From Squalus acanthias (taxonomy: Eukaryota): a DNA stretch of 64,000 nucleotides. Positions 36,358 to 49,500 of this stretch are shown here, piece by piece. The notes beneath the pieces were generated by a model. The model did no database searches and was not told the DNA's origin. It worked only from the letters and a program-made list of their open reading frames with translations. The stretch is from NCBI GenBank assembly GCA_030390025.1, contig CM059432.1, positions 27,964,001-28,028,000 of the forward strand, written 5' to 3'. Position 1 is the first letter of the stretch. Every line of letters begins with the position of its first letter. The translations under genes and the position numbers were made by a program.

Positions 36358-37075
36358 TACCTTTTCTATACTATTTACTATCTTATATACTTATAAGATA
36401 ATTTCTCAGAAGCTTCCTTTCCAGGCTAAAAAACCCAAGTTTCTCCAGTCCTTCATCATAACTCAGACCCCTGACACTAGGGATCACCCTTGTCGCTCTT
36501 TTCTGCACTGCCTCCAACATTTGAATGTCTCCCTTGTTTCTCAGCAACCAGAACTGAATACAGTAATTCTTGGTGCGGCCTGACCAGAGCACTGCACAGT
36601 TTAATCACTGCTTCTCTGACATATTCTACTGTTCTGGCTATGTAGTTCAACATTTGCTTGACTTTAATAACAACAGAAAATGTTGGAAACACTCAGCAGG
36701 TCAGGCAGCATCTCTGCTGAGTGTTTCCAGCACTTTCTGTTGTTATCTCAGATTTCCAGCATCCGCAGTATTTTGCTACTGTTTGATTGACTTTGTTGAT
36801 TTCTTCTTTGTACATGTTGCGGGACATGTTGAGCGTTGAATCCACTAGGACTCCTAAGTATCTTTCAACTTCATCCTGGGACATTTCAACACCATTCATG
36901 AAGTTTGCATCCTGCCTATTTTTTCCCTCCTCTGCGCAATACTTTACGCTTCTCTGCATTAACTTGCATCAGCCGTTGCTTCGCTCACGAACATATTTTG
37001 TTTAGATCTTTCAGTAGTTTTTAGGCTTCTTCCTTTGATTCAGCTGCCCTTCCTACTTTGGCATAATCTGCAAAA
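36358..37075 (-). mobile_element. Old CR1 fragment
   Basis: LEAVQKRATRVIPSVRGLSYDEGLEKLGFFSLERK; ERYLGVLVDSTLNMS. Confidence 0.85.
36666..36781. mobile_element. Fold-back mini-element resembling shark Penelope-like terminal repeats
   Basis: 33-bp inverted arms at 36667-36699 and 36714-36746; flanking 13-bp near-direct repeat TTTG(C/A)TTGACTTT. The family call is from memory of shark repeats. Confidence 0.6.
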
Positions 37076-37524
37076 TTTACAGCATGACCTCTGTTTCACT
37101 GTGAGCAACACCACATACTATCTGCTAGTTTTATATTAGAAGTCTTGTGAATTAAGTAGGTCACACTTTAAATCCGACGAGAGCACAAAATATCTGTCCA
37201 GATTTTCTAATTGTCTCAAATTTCCTAGGAACCCAACAAAAAAGACTTGCATTTATACAACATCTCATCTATCACCTTATCACATCCCTCAGAAAAAACT
37301 CACATACATTGAGTCACCCTGAAGTTAGGTGGACAAATGCGGCATCAGCCATTTTGCACACAGCAAGATCCCTCAAACAGCAACAAGATGAATGATCTGT
37401 CAAACTGTCTACCTGAACCAGGGAACAGGCAGAACCTCGATTTAATGTCTCATTCAAAGGACAGCACCTCTGGCAATGGAGCACTCCCTTATTACTATAT
37501 TAAGCGTCAGCTTAGATTTTTTGT

Positions 37525-37905
37525 ATTCATTCTCGGGATATGGGCGATGCTAGCAAGGTCAGCATTTATTGGCCATCCCTAGTTGCCCTTGAGAAGGTTG
37601 TGATGCGCCTTCTTCTTGAACTGCTGCAGTCCGTGTGGTGAAGGCATTCCCATGGCACTGTTAGGTAGGGAGTGCCAAGATTTCAACCCAGCGACAATGA
37701 AAGAATGCGGATAGATGTCCAAATTGGGATGGTTTGCGACTTGGAGGATAACTTGGAGGTGAGTGTGTCCCACATACCTTCTGCCCATATCCTTCTAGGT
37801 GGTGGAGTTCATGGGTTTGGGAGGTGCTGTCGAAGGAGCCTTGGGGAGTTGCTGCAGTGCATCCTGTAGATAGTACACACTGCAGCCATGGTTCCTGGCG
37901 GTGGA
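37525..37905 (-). mobile_element. LINE 3' fragment (family of 21890-23360)
   Basis: SFIVAGLKSWHSLPNS...FKKKAHHNLLKGN. Confidence 0.82.
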
Positions 37906-38256
37906 GAGTTGATTTTCGAAATGAATGCTCCCAGTGCAGATTTTTGCCTGCCGGGAGTGAATATTGGGAAATCATGCTCCCCGTGGTTTCACGTCCATAA
38001 ATGAATTGCCAGCGAGTGAGGCTCTGTGGTGGAAATGTACATTTGGAATAATCTGTCTGTTTGTGAACAAGTCCTGATGCAGGCCTCAAACACAATACCT
38101 TCTGACTCAGAGGACAGAGGCCTCTGATACCAGATACCTTTCATGATGTGGAGATGCCGGCGTTGGACTGGGGTGGACAAAAATGAGAAGTCGCACCTTT
38201 CAGATAATGCTACAATGAGCATTAAACTTCAGCTCTATTTAACTGTAAAATGTATT

Positions 38257-39467
38257 GGCCCGCATTTTCCGGGGTATTTGAGGTCGTAAGTACCCCGCAA
38301 GTTCCAGGTTTCCCATGCGATCTGTCAAGATTTTGCTTGACAGATCGTACCCATCTGCAGGAAATGGACATTCACTGGCACAGAGTTGGGATATTTGCCT
38401 AACTACTGCCCAGCGAATGCCCACGAAACCCTTACGCCTGGTAAATGCAGGCGTAAGGCCTTCTTTTACCAGCAGAAGTGTTTAAATAAATATTAATATA
38501 ACATTTTTTAAATGATTTAAACATTCAAAAACCTTTAAAATTAGTTTAGGTTATTTTTAGCCCCTTTAAAAATGTTTAAATTTATTTTTCAAAAAATTAA
38601 ATTTTTGTTTAAAATGTTTAATTAAATTGTATTTTAATTAATTTTGAACATGTGATAATTTATTTTTATTTACGTGCTGTCAACTTGAGGTCATCCAAAA
38701 CTCGGTGGCCCATGTCCTAACTCGCACCAAGTCCCGTTCACCCATCACCCCTGTGCTCGCTGACCTACATTGGCTCCCGGTTAAGCAACGCCTCGATTTC
38801 AAAATTCTCATCCTTGTTTTCAAATCCCTCCATGGCCTCGCCCCTCCCTATCTCTGTAATCTCCTTCAGCCCCACAACCCCCCAGAGATATCTGCACTCC
38901 TCTAATTCTGCCCTCTTGAGCATCCCTGATTATAATCACTCAACCATTGGTGACCGTGCCTTCTGTTGCCCTAAGCTCTGGCATTCCCTGCCTATACCTC
39001 TCCGCCTCGCTACCTCTCTTTCTTCCTTTAAGATGCTCCTTAAAACCTACCTCTTTGACCAAGCTTTTGGTCACCTGCCCTAATTTCTCCTTATGTGGCT
39101 CGGTGTCAAATTTTTTGTCTTATAATACTCCTGTGAAGCGCCTTGGGACGTTTTATTACGTTAAAGGCGCTATATAAATACAAGTCGTTGTTATTGTTCA
39201 AAGTGTGTTCTTTAGGGGATTCCTATTATGCTTATGGGGATTAATAACAGGAATCCCCCTTTGTGATCAGTTGGGCTGGCCCATGAGATTCCAGGGACGC
39301 TTGCGAACCACATGCGCCCCTGGGATACATGGGCCTTGATTTAGGCGTGCGCCTACAGGCTCCGGAGCGCACGTGTACGAAGGTCCGGAGGCACCAGGTA
39401 GGTGTGTACTTTGCTTGCGGTTCGGAGGCGTTTGCCCGCAGCAAGCCTTCGACCGCAATTTCCACCA
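38257..39467. mobile_element. Harbinger-type MITE with AT-rich core, interrupted by an L2 fragment
   Basis: Ends GGCCCGCATTTTCCGG / CCGCAATTTCCACC; CpG-rich subtermini; TSD not clean. Confidence 0.6.
38676..39198 (+). mobile_element. L2 LINE 3' fragment
   Basis: TRTKSRSPITPVLADLHWLPVKQRLDFKILILVFKSLHGLAPPYL; tail ggcgctatataaatacaagtcgttgttattgtt. Confidence 0.9.
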
Positions 39468-40317
39468 ATCATTAAAAAGGCAAGTAGTTGATACAAAGTG
39501 AAATGCAACTATAATAGAACGGATTACAAACAGTCAATGAATCAAATCTCAATATACTCAACTTCAGTATTTGTAAAATTAAATTGAAAGTGGGTGATAA
39601 AAACAAATGTTGCCTGGATCTCAAATTTAATGCAAATCATACTAGTATATTTTGACTACACTGTGTAGAAATTATTTGAAAAAAAAGTCTGATCGTACCT
39701 TTTTCATTTTCAGAGCTTTCAAAACACAATGAAAACATAAAATAATGCCAAAAGATAATGGGATAGTGTTTGACTTTGTGTGATAGTGTAAACACTGTGA
39801 AAGTGAATCAGCAGCCCATTTTACATCTCTCCCGATTGTTATTTTCATTGACTTGGTGATGCTGACTGGTTGTTGTTTGGTAGCTTTTCCTATCTAGGGA
39901 ATAAAACTGTTTTTTGTTTGATTGCCATTTACTCAATTGGACATTTGAGCCAATCTTGCTTTTTTGCCCTATCGATGCGTGACACCTTGAGAGTGTGGTA
40001 CTATAGATGTGCCAAATACAAGACATTTAATGATTTATGGATAGAACATAAGACCATAAGAAATATAGATATAGCAGACTTTCATATTTACAGCTGGGTT
40101 ACTCTAACTCTTTATTAAGGGCCAGAATCCCAATTATCTACCTATCTGTTTCCTTTTGTCTCTGTCCTATACTTACGTTTATTTTTATCTTGACTACATC
40201 AGTAACCCAGAGGTGGCTAGCTATGGATAGAGGCTTAGATACGCAAGGTACAGTATTGACTACAGTCAAGGGGAAGACAGGCTGCAAATAATCCCCAAGG
40301 CACATTACAAGTGCCAC

Positions 40318-40940
40318 TAACAATAACAACAACAACAATTTACATTTATATAGCGCCTTTAACGTAATAAAACATCCCAAGGCGCTTCACAGGAGCGTTA
40401 TCAAAAAACAAAATTTGACACCAAGCCATATAAAGAGATGTTAGGGCAGATGACCAAAAGCTTGGTCAAAGAGGTAGGTTTTAAGGTGTCTCTTAAAGGA
40501 GGAAAGAGAAGTAGAGAGATTTAGGGAGGGAATTCCAGAGCTTAGGACCTAGGCAGCTGAAAGCACGGCCGTCAATGAAGGAGCAATTAAAATCGGGAAT
40601 GTTCAAGAGGCCAGACTTGGTGGAGCACAAAGATCTCGGGTGATTATAGGGCTGAAGGAGATTACAGAGATAGGGAGGGGGTGAGGCCTTGAAGGGATTT
40701 GAAAACAAGGATGAGAATTTTAAAATAGAGGCATTACTTAACTGGGAGCCAATGTAGGTCAGCGAGCACCGGGGAGATGTGTGAGTGGGACTTGGTGGGA
40801 GTTAGGACATGGGCAGCAGAGTTTTGGATGACCTCAAGTTTATGGAGGGTAGAACTAGAGAAGCCGGCCAGGAGAGCATTGGAATGGTCAAGTCTAGAGG
40901 TAACAAAGGCATGGATGAGGGTTTTGGCAGCAGATAAGCT
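40318..40940 (-). mobile_element. L2 LINE 3' fragment
   Basis: SAAKTLIHAFVTSRLDHSNALLAG...LADLHWLPVK; (CAA)n on + is the tail. Confidence 0.9.
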
Positions 40941-43193
40941 GTGTAATAGAGCGTATTTTATTATTTTGTTATTACTAGCAGAAAAAAAGAGAAATATTTC
41001 CATTTCTGTATTGGCTTTCTTTAATTCTCCAACAGAAATGTGCCACAAACAGCAATGAGATAACTAACCAGTTATTTTTTTTTGATGGTGTTGTTTGAGG
41101 GAGGAACGTTGGCCCAGGCATTGGGAAAACTCCCCGTTCTTCTTTTGATATCTGAGAATTGTTAACGTTCACCTGGCAGGCAGATGGGACCGTGGTTTAA
41201 TGTTACAAAAAAAGGGACAGTGCCTCCACTAACAATGCAGTATACTGTCAGCCTGGATTAGGAGTTCAGACCCCAGAATGGGGCCGAAACCCAAATCTGC
41301 TGGCCCAGAGTCAAGAGTGCTACCAACTGAGCCTAGTTGACAGAGTAGTGAATAGTAGATGTAAAGTTTGTCCCTCTGATTTTCCACCTCCCTTTTTGTG
41401 GAGAGATGGGCGATCTCTGCTTGGAACTTCTCAACAACCATGAGATTTATGTTATGAAACTCAGTGACATGAGAGAAAAGCGAATTTATACTCCTTGATG
41501 ACTTATACTGGCGTATACCAAACCAAGCAAATTTCAATATCCTTCAATGACTATAACAGTCCTGGATACTTTCATCCAAATTTTAATATTTATTAAGTGT
41601 CCTGCTGTTAAACTTGAAAGCTCTTTCATCCCCCTGAGTACCCTTTAAATGTACAATTCAAGCAGGTATTATCGGTACAAATGATGTGCTTCATAGAAGC
41701 ACAAGGCTGCAAACGTCATGGTAATGAGGGTGCACGCTGCTTCTGATTACAGCAGCATGCGAGTCTGGCCTAACTACAGACGGCTTCTGAGGTGGGATGT
41801 AAACAGTTCCAGCTGAATGGTTCCAGTGATCACCCTGGGAACCAGGTCTTCCCTGCCAACGGTTCTACACTGAAGCCAAACATTGGGACAAAGCCAGTAG
41901 CAAGGTGAAAAAACACAGGTGACGGGAGTCTGATGTCAATGTGCTTTGTTGTCAAAGCCTCGAGCAATTTTCTGCAAATGGTAACTGCTGAACAGTCTAA
42001 GTTTGATCAAGTGTGTTCATTTCAACAGGGATATTTATTTTTTCTTCAATGCAGTGTTATTATTTTTTCAAAATTGTCTCCCCCCCCCACCCTTTTTCTC
42101 CCCTCCTCCCTGATGGAGCTCCCTTATGTAAGGGTCAATAGCAAACTCCCTAACCACACCCAACCCCCCCACTCCACCCCCACTCTCCTACTCCCCTCAC
42201 TGGCAACACTTATTGGAAAACTATGCTCACATTACCCACAATTTTCCATCCATTAAATTGAATGGATGGAAAACCATAGGCAGGATCGGCCTGATTTTCT
42301 GATAGGCATTCCCAGTACTACACAGTTCAGTGAAGACAAAAATTTAGGTCATGGAATCCTTCCAAACGAAACTCCAAGCCCATACGTTTTTCATTTTTTG
42401 TACTGATCACATTTGTAATGTCACCAGCAATGCTGGGTCTGACTACTCTCACAGCTTTCTGTTTTACAAAATTTGACTGCTCTCTCAACCTTTGCCTGTA
42501 CCTCGTTTCCTACATTACAACAGTGACTGCACTCCAAAAGTACTTCATTGGCTGTAAAGTGCTTTGAGACGTCTGGTGGTCATGAAAGGCGCTATATAAA
42601 TGCAAGTCTTTCTTTCTCTATTTATTTTTTAATCTCCTTCTGTTCACAGCCAAAAGGAATAGATACCTCCCAACACAATAGGTTTGGTATGTTTATTGAT
42701 GGCCGAGACAAGCTAACAAATGAACTATTTACAGGTTATCGGATAACAACATCAAAGACTTTAGCCATTAGCATTTTAATCACCGATTATGTCAGTGACT
42801 TTTTTAATTCAGAGTGAATATTGATACCACTGTGTCAGCCAATGAGTTGGAGGCGGGTCGGTACTTACTTAGGGAAAACAGAGTCTATTTAAACAGAGGG
42901 TCTACAAACTACAGCAAACAGAACTCTTGACTGAAACTACAGCAGAGTCTCCATATAAAAGCAACATTATTCCTCCATCAAAATGCAGTGAGCGGAGGAT
43001 AGTTACAGAATACAAATTATGTGCGTAAAATCAATCCCAGTCACTTACAGCAGTGATTGATGAGGGAATTACCCAATCATCTCCATTCTGGCCGGGACTT
43101 GTGCTATCACTATATGCAGCCTTTTTTATTTTGTGTGACTACACTTTGCTTTAAAACCCAACATTTAAAAATACCTTTTTTCAAATCTTTTCA

Positions 43194-44082
43194 GTAGCAC
43201 TCTCACCTCTGAGTCAGAAGGTTGTGGGTCCAAGTCCCACTCCAGAGACTTGAGTACATAATCCAGGCTGATACTTCAGTGGAGTGCTGAGGGAATGCTG
43301 CACTATTGGAGGGGCGAATGAGATGTTAAACTGAGGCAGGTGGATGCAAAAGATCCCATGGCACTATTTCAAAGAAGAGCATGGGAGTTCTCCCCAGTGT
43401 CCTGGCCAATATTTATCCCTCAACCAACATCACTAAATCAGATTATCTGGTCATTATCTCATTGCTGATTGTGGGACCTTACTGTGTGCAAAGCATAGAA
43501 TCATAGAATGGTTACAGCAGAGAAGGAGGCCTTTTGGCCCGTCGAGCCTGTGCCGGCTCTCTGCAAGAGCACTTCAGCTAGTCCCACTCCTCCACCCTTT
43601 CCCTGTAGTCCTGTTCCTTCAGGTACTTATCCAATTCCCTTTTGAAAGCCACAATTAAGTCTGCCTCCACCACCCTTTCAGGCAGTGCATTCCAGATCCT
43701 AACCACTCGTTGCGTAAAAAAGTTTTTAGCTAAACTAAAGCTTATGATACTATGATCTCTGTTCCCTAAAAGTTCCCCTACTGACACTTGCTCCACTTGA
43801 CCCACCTCTATCCCAGATCCAGCAATGCCTCCTTCCTTATTGGGCCGGAAACGCACTGATCAGGAAAGTTCTCCTGAACACACTTCATAAATTCTTCCCC
43901 CTCTCTGCCGTTTACACTATTACTATCCCAATCTATATTAGGATAATTGGCTGTCACGTTTCCTACATTACAAAAATGACTACACGTCAAAGGTATTTAA
44001 TTGGCTGCAAAGCGCTTTGAGACGTCCTGAGGTTGTGAAAGGCGCTATATAAAAACAAGATGTTCCTTTCTTTTCTTTCTTT
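43194..44082 (+). mobile_element. DeuSINE interrupted by an internally deleted minus-strand CR1 (~43494-43943)
   Basis: The SINE stops at tgtgtgcaaa and resumes at aattggctgtcacgtttcctacattac. The insert has a CR1 tail joined to an endonuclease piece (YPNIDWD, DHSIISF). Confidence 0.8.
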
Positions 44083-44565
44083 TTCCATCGTCAAAAAATC
44101 CTGAAATGTAACAGCTACCCACCATACCAGTGTGGCATTTTCAATTTCTGCACTACTCATCTTTCTGATCTTTCTGAATCATGTTGAATTATGGGCAATT
44201 TTGTGGCATGCGATAAATATTCACTCGGAACTCAATTCACTTAGAATCCATGAAGACAGAGCTCAACTTCATGGATTCAAACTTCTCCTGAAAGTGATAA
44301 CTTATGCTAGGGCACAATTCCATTCATACCAGCTCTCCAAGTACCCATTGTGATCCAAGAGAGTGAGTGTTGGCAGACTAATCTGATGCTCACACCCATG
44401 GCACATTCAGCAGGAGTCACTGGATGGTCATCAGAAGTGGGAAATCTACCTTCCCTGAAGACAATTGTAGCACGCGATCACCAGCTGACAACAACTGAGA
44501 CCAGCACATACACCAATAACAATTCTGCAATTGATGACTTACTTGTACAATAAAAGAAAGATTCT

Positions 44566-45335
44566 GGGGGAGAAATTCAGTATAGCCCTGTTTGGGGGCG
44601 CTAAAACTTTAGAAGTTGCTAAATTAGTGCCAGGCGCTAATCATTCTCGTCTCCCGCGAAATTCAGTTGTAGCACTCCAACAGGGAAGTGGAGCGCTAAA
44701 TCATGTGCTAACCACTTCTCTTAGGGCGCTAAAGTGTGTGAGAGGGGCGGTAGCGGCAGAGCGCTGAAGAATGTGCAGTGCAGTGCTGCCGGCATCAGAG
44801 GCTCCTTCCCTCGCTTAAAGGGAAGGGCCAATGATGGTTTGCAACATTCTTCTTCTTAGTTCTGTGGGGCCAGGGGACCTGCACGACTTGCATTACAGCC
44901 TCAAGCACTCTCAGAGAGTGGAGGGCTGAGTAATCGAGCATCAATCAGATGTGAAAAACATTCAGCAGGCACCAGACTGGTGCGAAGAATAAAGTTTCCC
45001 CAACTGACCACCACTGCCTTTAATTATCGCTCCCCAAGCAACCAGCCGAGGTGACAACGCCTCCTGTTGCTGCTGTTGTTGACGCCCGGCGATGCAGCAG
45101 GGGGCGGGAGTGGATATCAGATCCGGGGCGGTAACGGGGCGCTGCGCACCTGATGACGTCACGATCTACGGGGCGCAACAGAGCGAGGTGGTAAGTGTTA
45201 GCGCCAGCGCAAAACTGCCAGGGAAGATCGCGTGCGTCGGTGAATTTGCTGCACTCGGTCGGTAACTCCTTAGTGCCCCATTAATGTGTCCCGCAGGTGC
45301 TAACAGGAGGCACTAAGCAGCCGAATTTCTAGTCC
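44566..45335. mobile_element. Harbinger-type MITE, 770 bp
   Basis: Ends GGGGGAGAAATTC / GAATTTCTAGTCC; TSD TCT on both sides. Confidence 0.88.
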
Positions 45336-45869
45336 TCTCTATCAAAGCCTTCCAATGCTTCCCCCTTCAAAACAAGACAATCTCCCCAATTAGTTCTTAT
45401 CATATAGCGATAGCTGTCCACTGTGCTTGTGACAGAAGCTGGCTGAAGCATCACAGCACGTTATTTATTAAAGTACTTGTGCTTTTCAAGTCACATACGT
45501 TTGTAATGCAGAACAGCTTGGGGGTCCTGTCAGCACTCACACGTCATCTACCTCAGCCGTGTTTCTTTTCCCTACCCAAATTTTTATTTAGAAACCTGGG
45601 CGAAGGGTGGGGTCTGCAGTACAGGACACCACCAAGGTTGAAAGGAGAGAAAATGAGACAAATCAAAAAGTAGCGATCAGGTGATGAGGCGTGAGTGTCT
45701 GAGGGACAAAACAATTTCTACATTTTTCTTTGCAGTGGTCTGCATCAAGACTGTTAGGCCAGTTTTCGCATGAGGTAGATGCACAGTAACCCACCATCTT
45801 TCCTTTACAATCTTAAGAGCTGCCCCTACAATTCCAGTGGGACATAGCCATCAAAAGAAAAAAAAATAT

Positions 45870-46336
45870 TGTTGCACTTATATAGCACCTTTCACATTCT
45901 TAGGAAGTCCTAAAGTGCTTTGCGGTCAATGAATTACTTTTGAAGTGTAGCCGCTGTTGTAATGTAGGCAAATGCACCAGCCAATTTGTTTACAGCAAGG
46001 TCCCACAAACATCAATGAGATAATAGCCAGTACATCTATTTTTTTCATGATGCTGGTTGAGGGATAAATGTTGACCGAGGGATAAACGATGGCCAGGACA
46101 CCAAGAGAACTCCCCTGCTCTTCTTCGAAATAGTGCCATGGGATCTTTTACGTCTACTTGCACAGGACTCTGGTATAACATTTCACCTGAAAGACGGCAC
46201 TTCTATCAATGCAGCACACCCTCAGTACTCCACTGAAGTGTCAGCCAAGATTATGTGCTCAGGTCCTGGAGTGGGACTTGAGTTCACAACCTACTGACTC
46301 AGAGGTGAGAGAGCAATCACTGAGCCAAAGCTGACA
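45870..46336 (-). mobile_element. DeuSINE (SacSINE1-like), near full length
   Basis: Reverse complement colinear with 60921-61393. Confidence 0.88.
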
Positions 46337-46867
46337 GAATGTCAGCCTTGTGTCTTTACTAAACAAGATTGTCAACTTTCTGCTGAATTACAGAACTCTC
46401 AGAGCTCAGATAATGTGCCTGTGTGGAAATGAGCTAACCCACTGGTAAGTGCAAGTCCAGCTCCTTTGCATAGTTTTCTGGTACTCTGTGCTCATTTTTA
46501 TTGATGGGTGCCATTGCCAAATGTTGGGTTCCAGCAGCCAGTGAAGAGAGAATGGGAGCCATTGAGCAAGCAGCCAGGGGAGCGCTGCTCAGGCACTCCA
46601 GTTGTAATATGGAATGGAACCTTATTTACATCAAAGTCAGAGGTCTAATGAGCCTGGTTCCTGGATTGTGCATGGGTCCCAGCCTCACTTGTCTTCAACA
46701 CTCCCACTGGGATGTGTAGGGCACCTCGAGTGCTTCAGGCCTCCCATCCAGTCATATGGGGAGTGAGTGCCCAATACTCCTCAGTGCACTGGAAACCCAC
46801 CATCATATTATTTGTACCTAAAAGTTCTGTATTTTCTCTTTTGTTAAAAGGAAGACATATCTGATAT

Positions 46868-47138
46868 TCACTTTAAAAGGGCTGCTAATGGTGGGGCCCC
46901 CTTTTTAAAAGTGGTCCTAATGGCTACTCCATTTTTAAAGGGGTATCCACTGAAATTTTTTTAGAAGGTGCCTAATGGTGAACTATCCTTTTTAAAAGGA
47001 GACTAGATGGTGGTGCTTCCTTATTAAAAGAGGTTCAGATGGTACACCACTTTATTTAAGAGTGGTTATGGTGGCATGATTCTGTTTTTAAAATGATTCT
47101 TCATGGTGAAGCCCTCTTTAAGAAGAATTTTGATGGGG
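46868..47138. repeat. Degenerate ~31-bp tandem array (about nine units)
   Basis: Recurring CTTTTTAAA(A)GG....(TA)ATGGTG units. Confidence 0.7.
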
Positions 47139-47790
47139 AGACAAGTAGATCCTGGCCCCTTATGCTAAAGGTCTGTGTCCTGGTATTGCATAATTTAGAT
47201 GAGCTAATCCATTATAACTGATTAATAATGGAGCTCTGTTTTAATATGGTCTCTCATGCCTGAAGCAAAATCCTGGGTGCCTGGCTGAGCCTTTCAGCAT
47301 ATTATTTATTTTAACAAGTTACGAATTTCAATTCATCAGACTGTTCGGACAGACTTCTGACATTGAAGGGCTGGATGACTTGGCAGTAAGACAGCAATTA
47401 CAGGAATCACAGCAACTCAGGAACAGACTGTATATAGAGAGAGAGACATCTCCAATCCTGTAATTGATATACAGTGGAAACCCTCTGAAAGTATCTCCAT
47501 TCCAAGACTGGAGCACATATGTAAGGTAACACTCCGGTGCAGCACTGAGAGAATGTGGCATTATCAGAGGTGCCATCTTTCAGATGAGATATCAAACCAA
47601 GGCCCTGGCTGCCTCTTCTGGTGGACTTTTTGAAAGAAGAGCAGGGAGTTCCTCCTATGTCCTCGCCCAAAGTCTTCCCCCAAACAAAACCACCAAAAAA
47701 AAGAATATTCAGTCATTCATCTCATTATTGTTTCTTGGATCTTGTGTGCAAAATGGCTGCCATGTCAGCCTACATAGCAACAGTCACTTC

Positions 47791-48655
47791 GGGCTGGATT
47801 TTACTTACCGAGATGAGTTGGGGGCGGGACTGCTGCCTTCTGGGTTCTAGTCACGCCCCCAGCGATGTCCGACGCACAGACGCTATTTTCCCCTGATTGG
47901 CCTTGTTAAGCCCACCCTGTGGGCTTGCTGGCCAATTAAGGGAAAGCCGGTGTCAGATGACGTCAGTTGATGACGTTTCATCTGCCGGTTTTCTTACAGG
48001 TACATGAACCATAAATTTTTGACAGATGATTTGACAGTGTTTGACAGCATTGAGGTACTGTCAAACACTGACAATCACTGTACAAAGGTGAACCCTTGCT
48101 CCCAGGCTCTCCAATAACTCTCCTTAGGATAAAACAGATGGCAGCTGTAGGTGAGGGTACAGAAGCAATCTGTCACTTCTCCCAATGAGGTGAGGTCACA
48201 CAAACACTTCAAAGCTTGTCACCTGCAGAAAAGTCTAAACACATTAAAAATGACTTTCCCAACATTTCCTTACCTCTGATACTCACCAGTGTCCCATTGC
48301 ATCCTTCACACCACTTCTGCAGCTGTCATCTAAACACAAACATTAGAACAGACCCACAGCACGCCACACTTACCCTGGCGGGGTTCCCCGACGTCGGGAA
48401 GCCCGCAGCAGAAGTCGCAAAATGGGAAAAAGCCTCTTAACTGCCTGTTAACTAGCTGTTAACAGGCAGTTAAGTGGCTATAATCCTCTTCCCGCCACTA
48501 GGAGTCGGGTCCCTGCGCAAATTGGGGACCCGACTCCCGGGAAGATTGTTTGGAGGCGGGTTGGGAGCAAGTTTGGGACCCGCTCCCATTCTTTTTGATT
48601 TTCCCAGCAGTCCTGCCTCCAAACCCGCCTCCTCAGGGCTGGTAAAATCCAGCCC
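47791..48655. mobile_element. Harbinger-type MITE, 865 bp, inserted in a DeuSINE remnant
   Basis: Perfect 14-bp TIR GGGCTGGATTTTAC; TSD TTC; internal palindrome ttaactgcctgttaac...gttaacaggcagttaa. Confidence 0.93.
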
Positions 48656-49207
48656 TTCGTTTCAAAGTTAAACTGTATGTGAAGCATATACATGTGATGT
48701 GATAAGGTGGTAAACGTAAATCTTTCCAGTTTCTACAGCAAGGGCAAGATGATTATGAAGTGCATGGTAAGAAACCTTTTGCTTACTGCAGTTCTTTAAA
48801 GAAAAATAACTTTGCTGAGTTGTCCTCTCCCTAACATTGACAGGGGCAAAAATACGATTATGAAACTGATATCTGCAAGATGTTTGAATGCTTAATGTTC
48901 CATATCACCACAAATGGCCAAGAATATCTCTATACATCATCACAAAGCTGCCAAGAACACTGCAGCCACTTCCTCTCCCACTCTACACGAATAATAAATA
49001 ACGTTTCCATAAAATATGAAATTAGAGATTTATACAGTAGTCTTACCATTTGATATCCTTTTTTGGAAACCATATTGTTGCAAAAGAATTATGATTAACA
49101 TGAGAAAGCCTGGAACATTACAAGGCCACTTGGCCCACCAAGCTCACTCTTTCCACAGAATATGTAAAATCTGCCCATCATGGGCTCTACCCCAATCATT
49201 TTTGCAT

Positions 49208-49500
49208 AAGACGTTAAACCGAGGCCCTGTCTGTCCTTTCAGGTGGATGTAAAAGATCCCATGGCATTATTCGAAGAAGAGCAGGGGAGTTCTCCCTGGA
49301 GTCCTGGCCAATATTTATCCTTCAACCAACATCACTAAAACTGATTACATGGTCATTATCATATTGCCTTTTGTGGGACCAAGCTGTGTGCAAATTGGCT
49401 GCCATATTTCCTACATTACAACAGTGACTACATTTCAAAAGTACTTTATAGTAAAGCGCTTTAGGACATTCTGATGTCATGAAAGATACTATATAAATTT
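49208..49500 (+). mobile_element. DeuSINE 5'-truncated copy
   Basis: agacgttaaaccgaggccctgtctg...aaagatcccatggca through the tail. Confidence 0.85.

Noticed and set aside
46868..47138. CRISPR-like repeat-spacer look
   Set aside because: Units are degenerate, have no constant repeat with unique spacers, lie in a vertebrate intron, and no cas genes are present.
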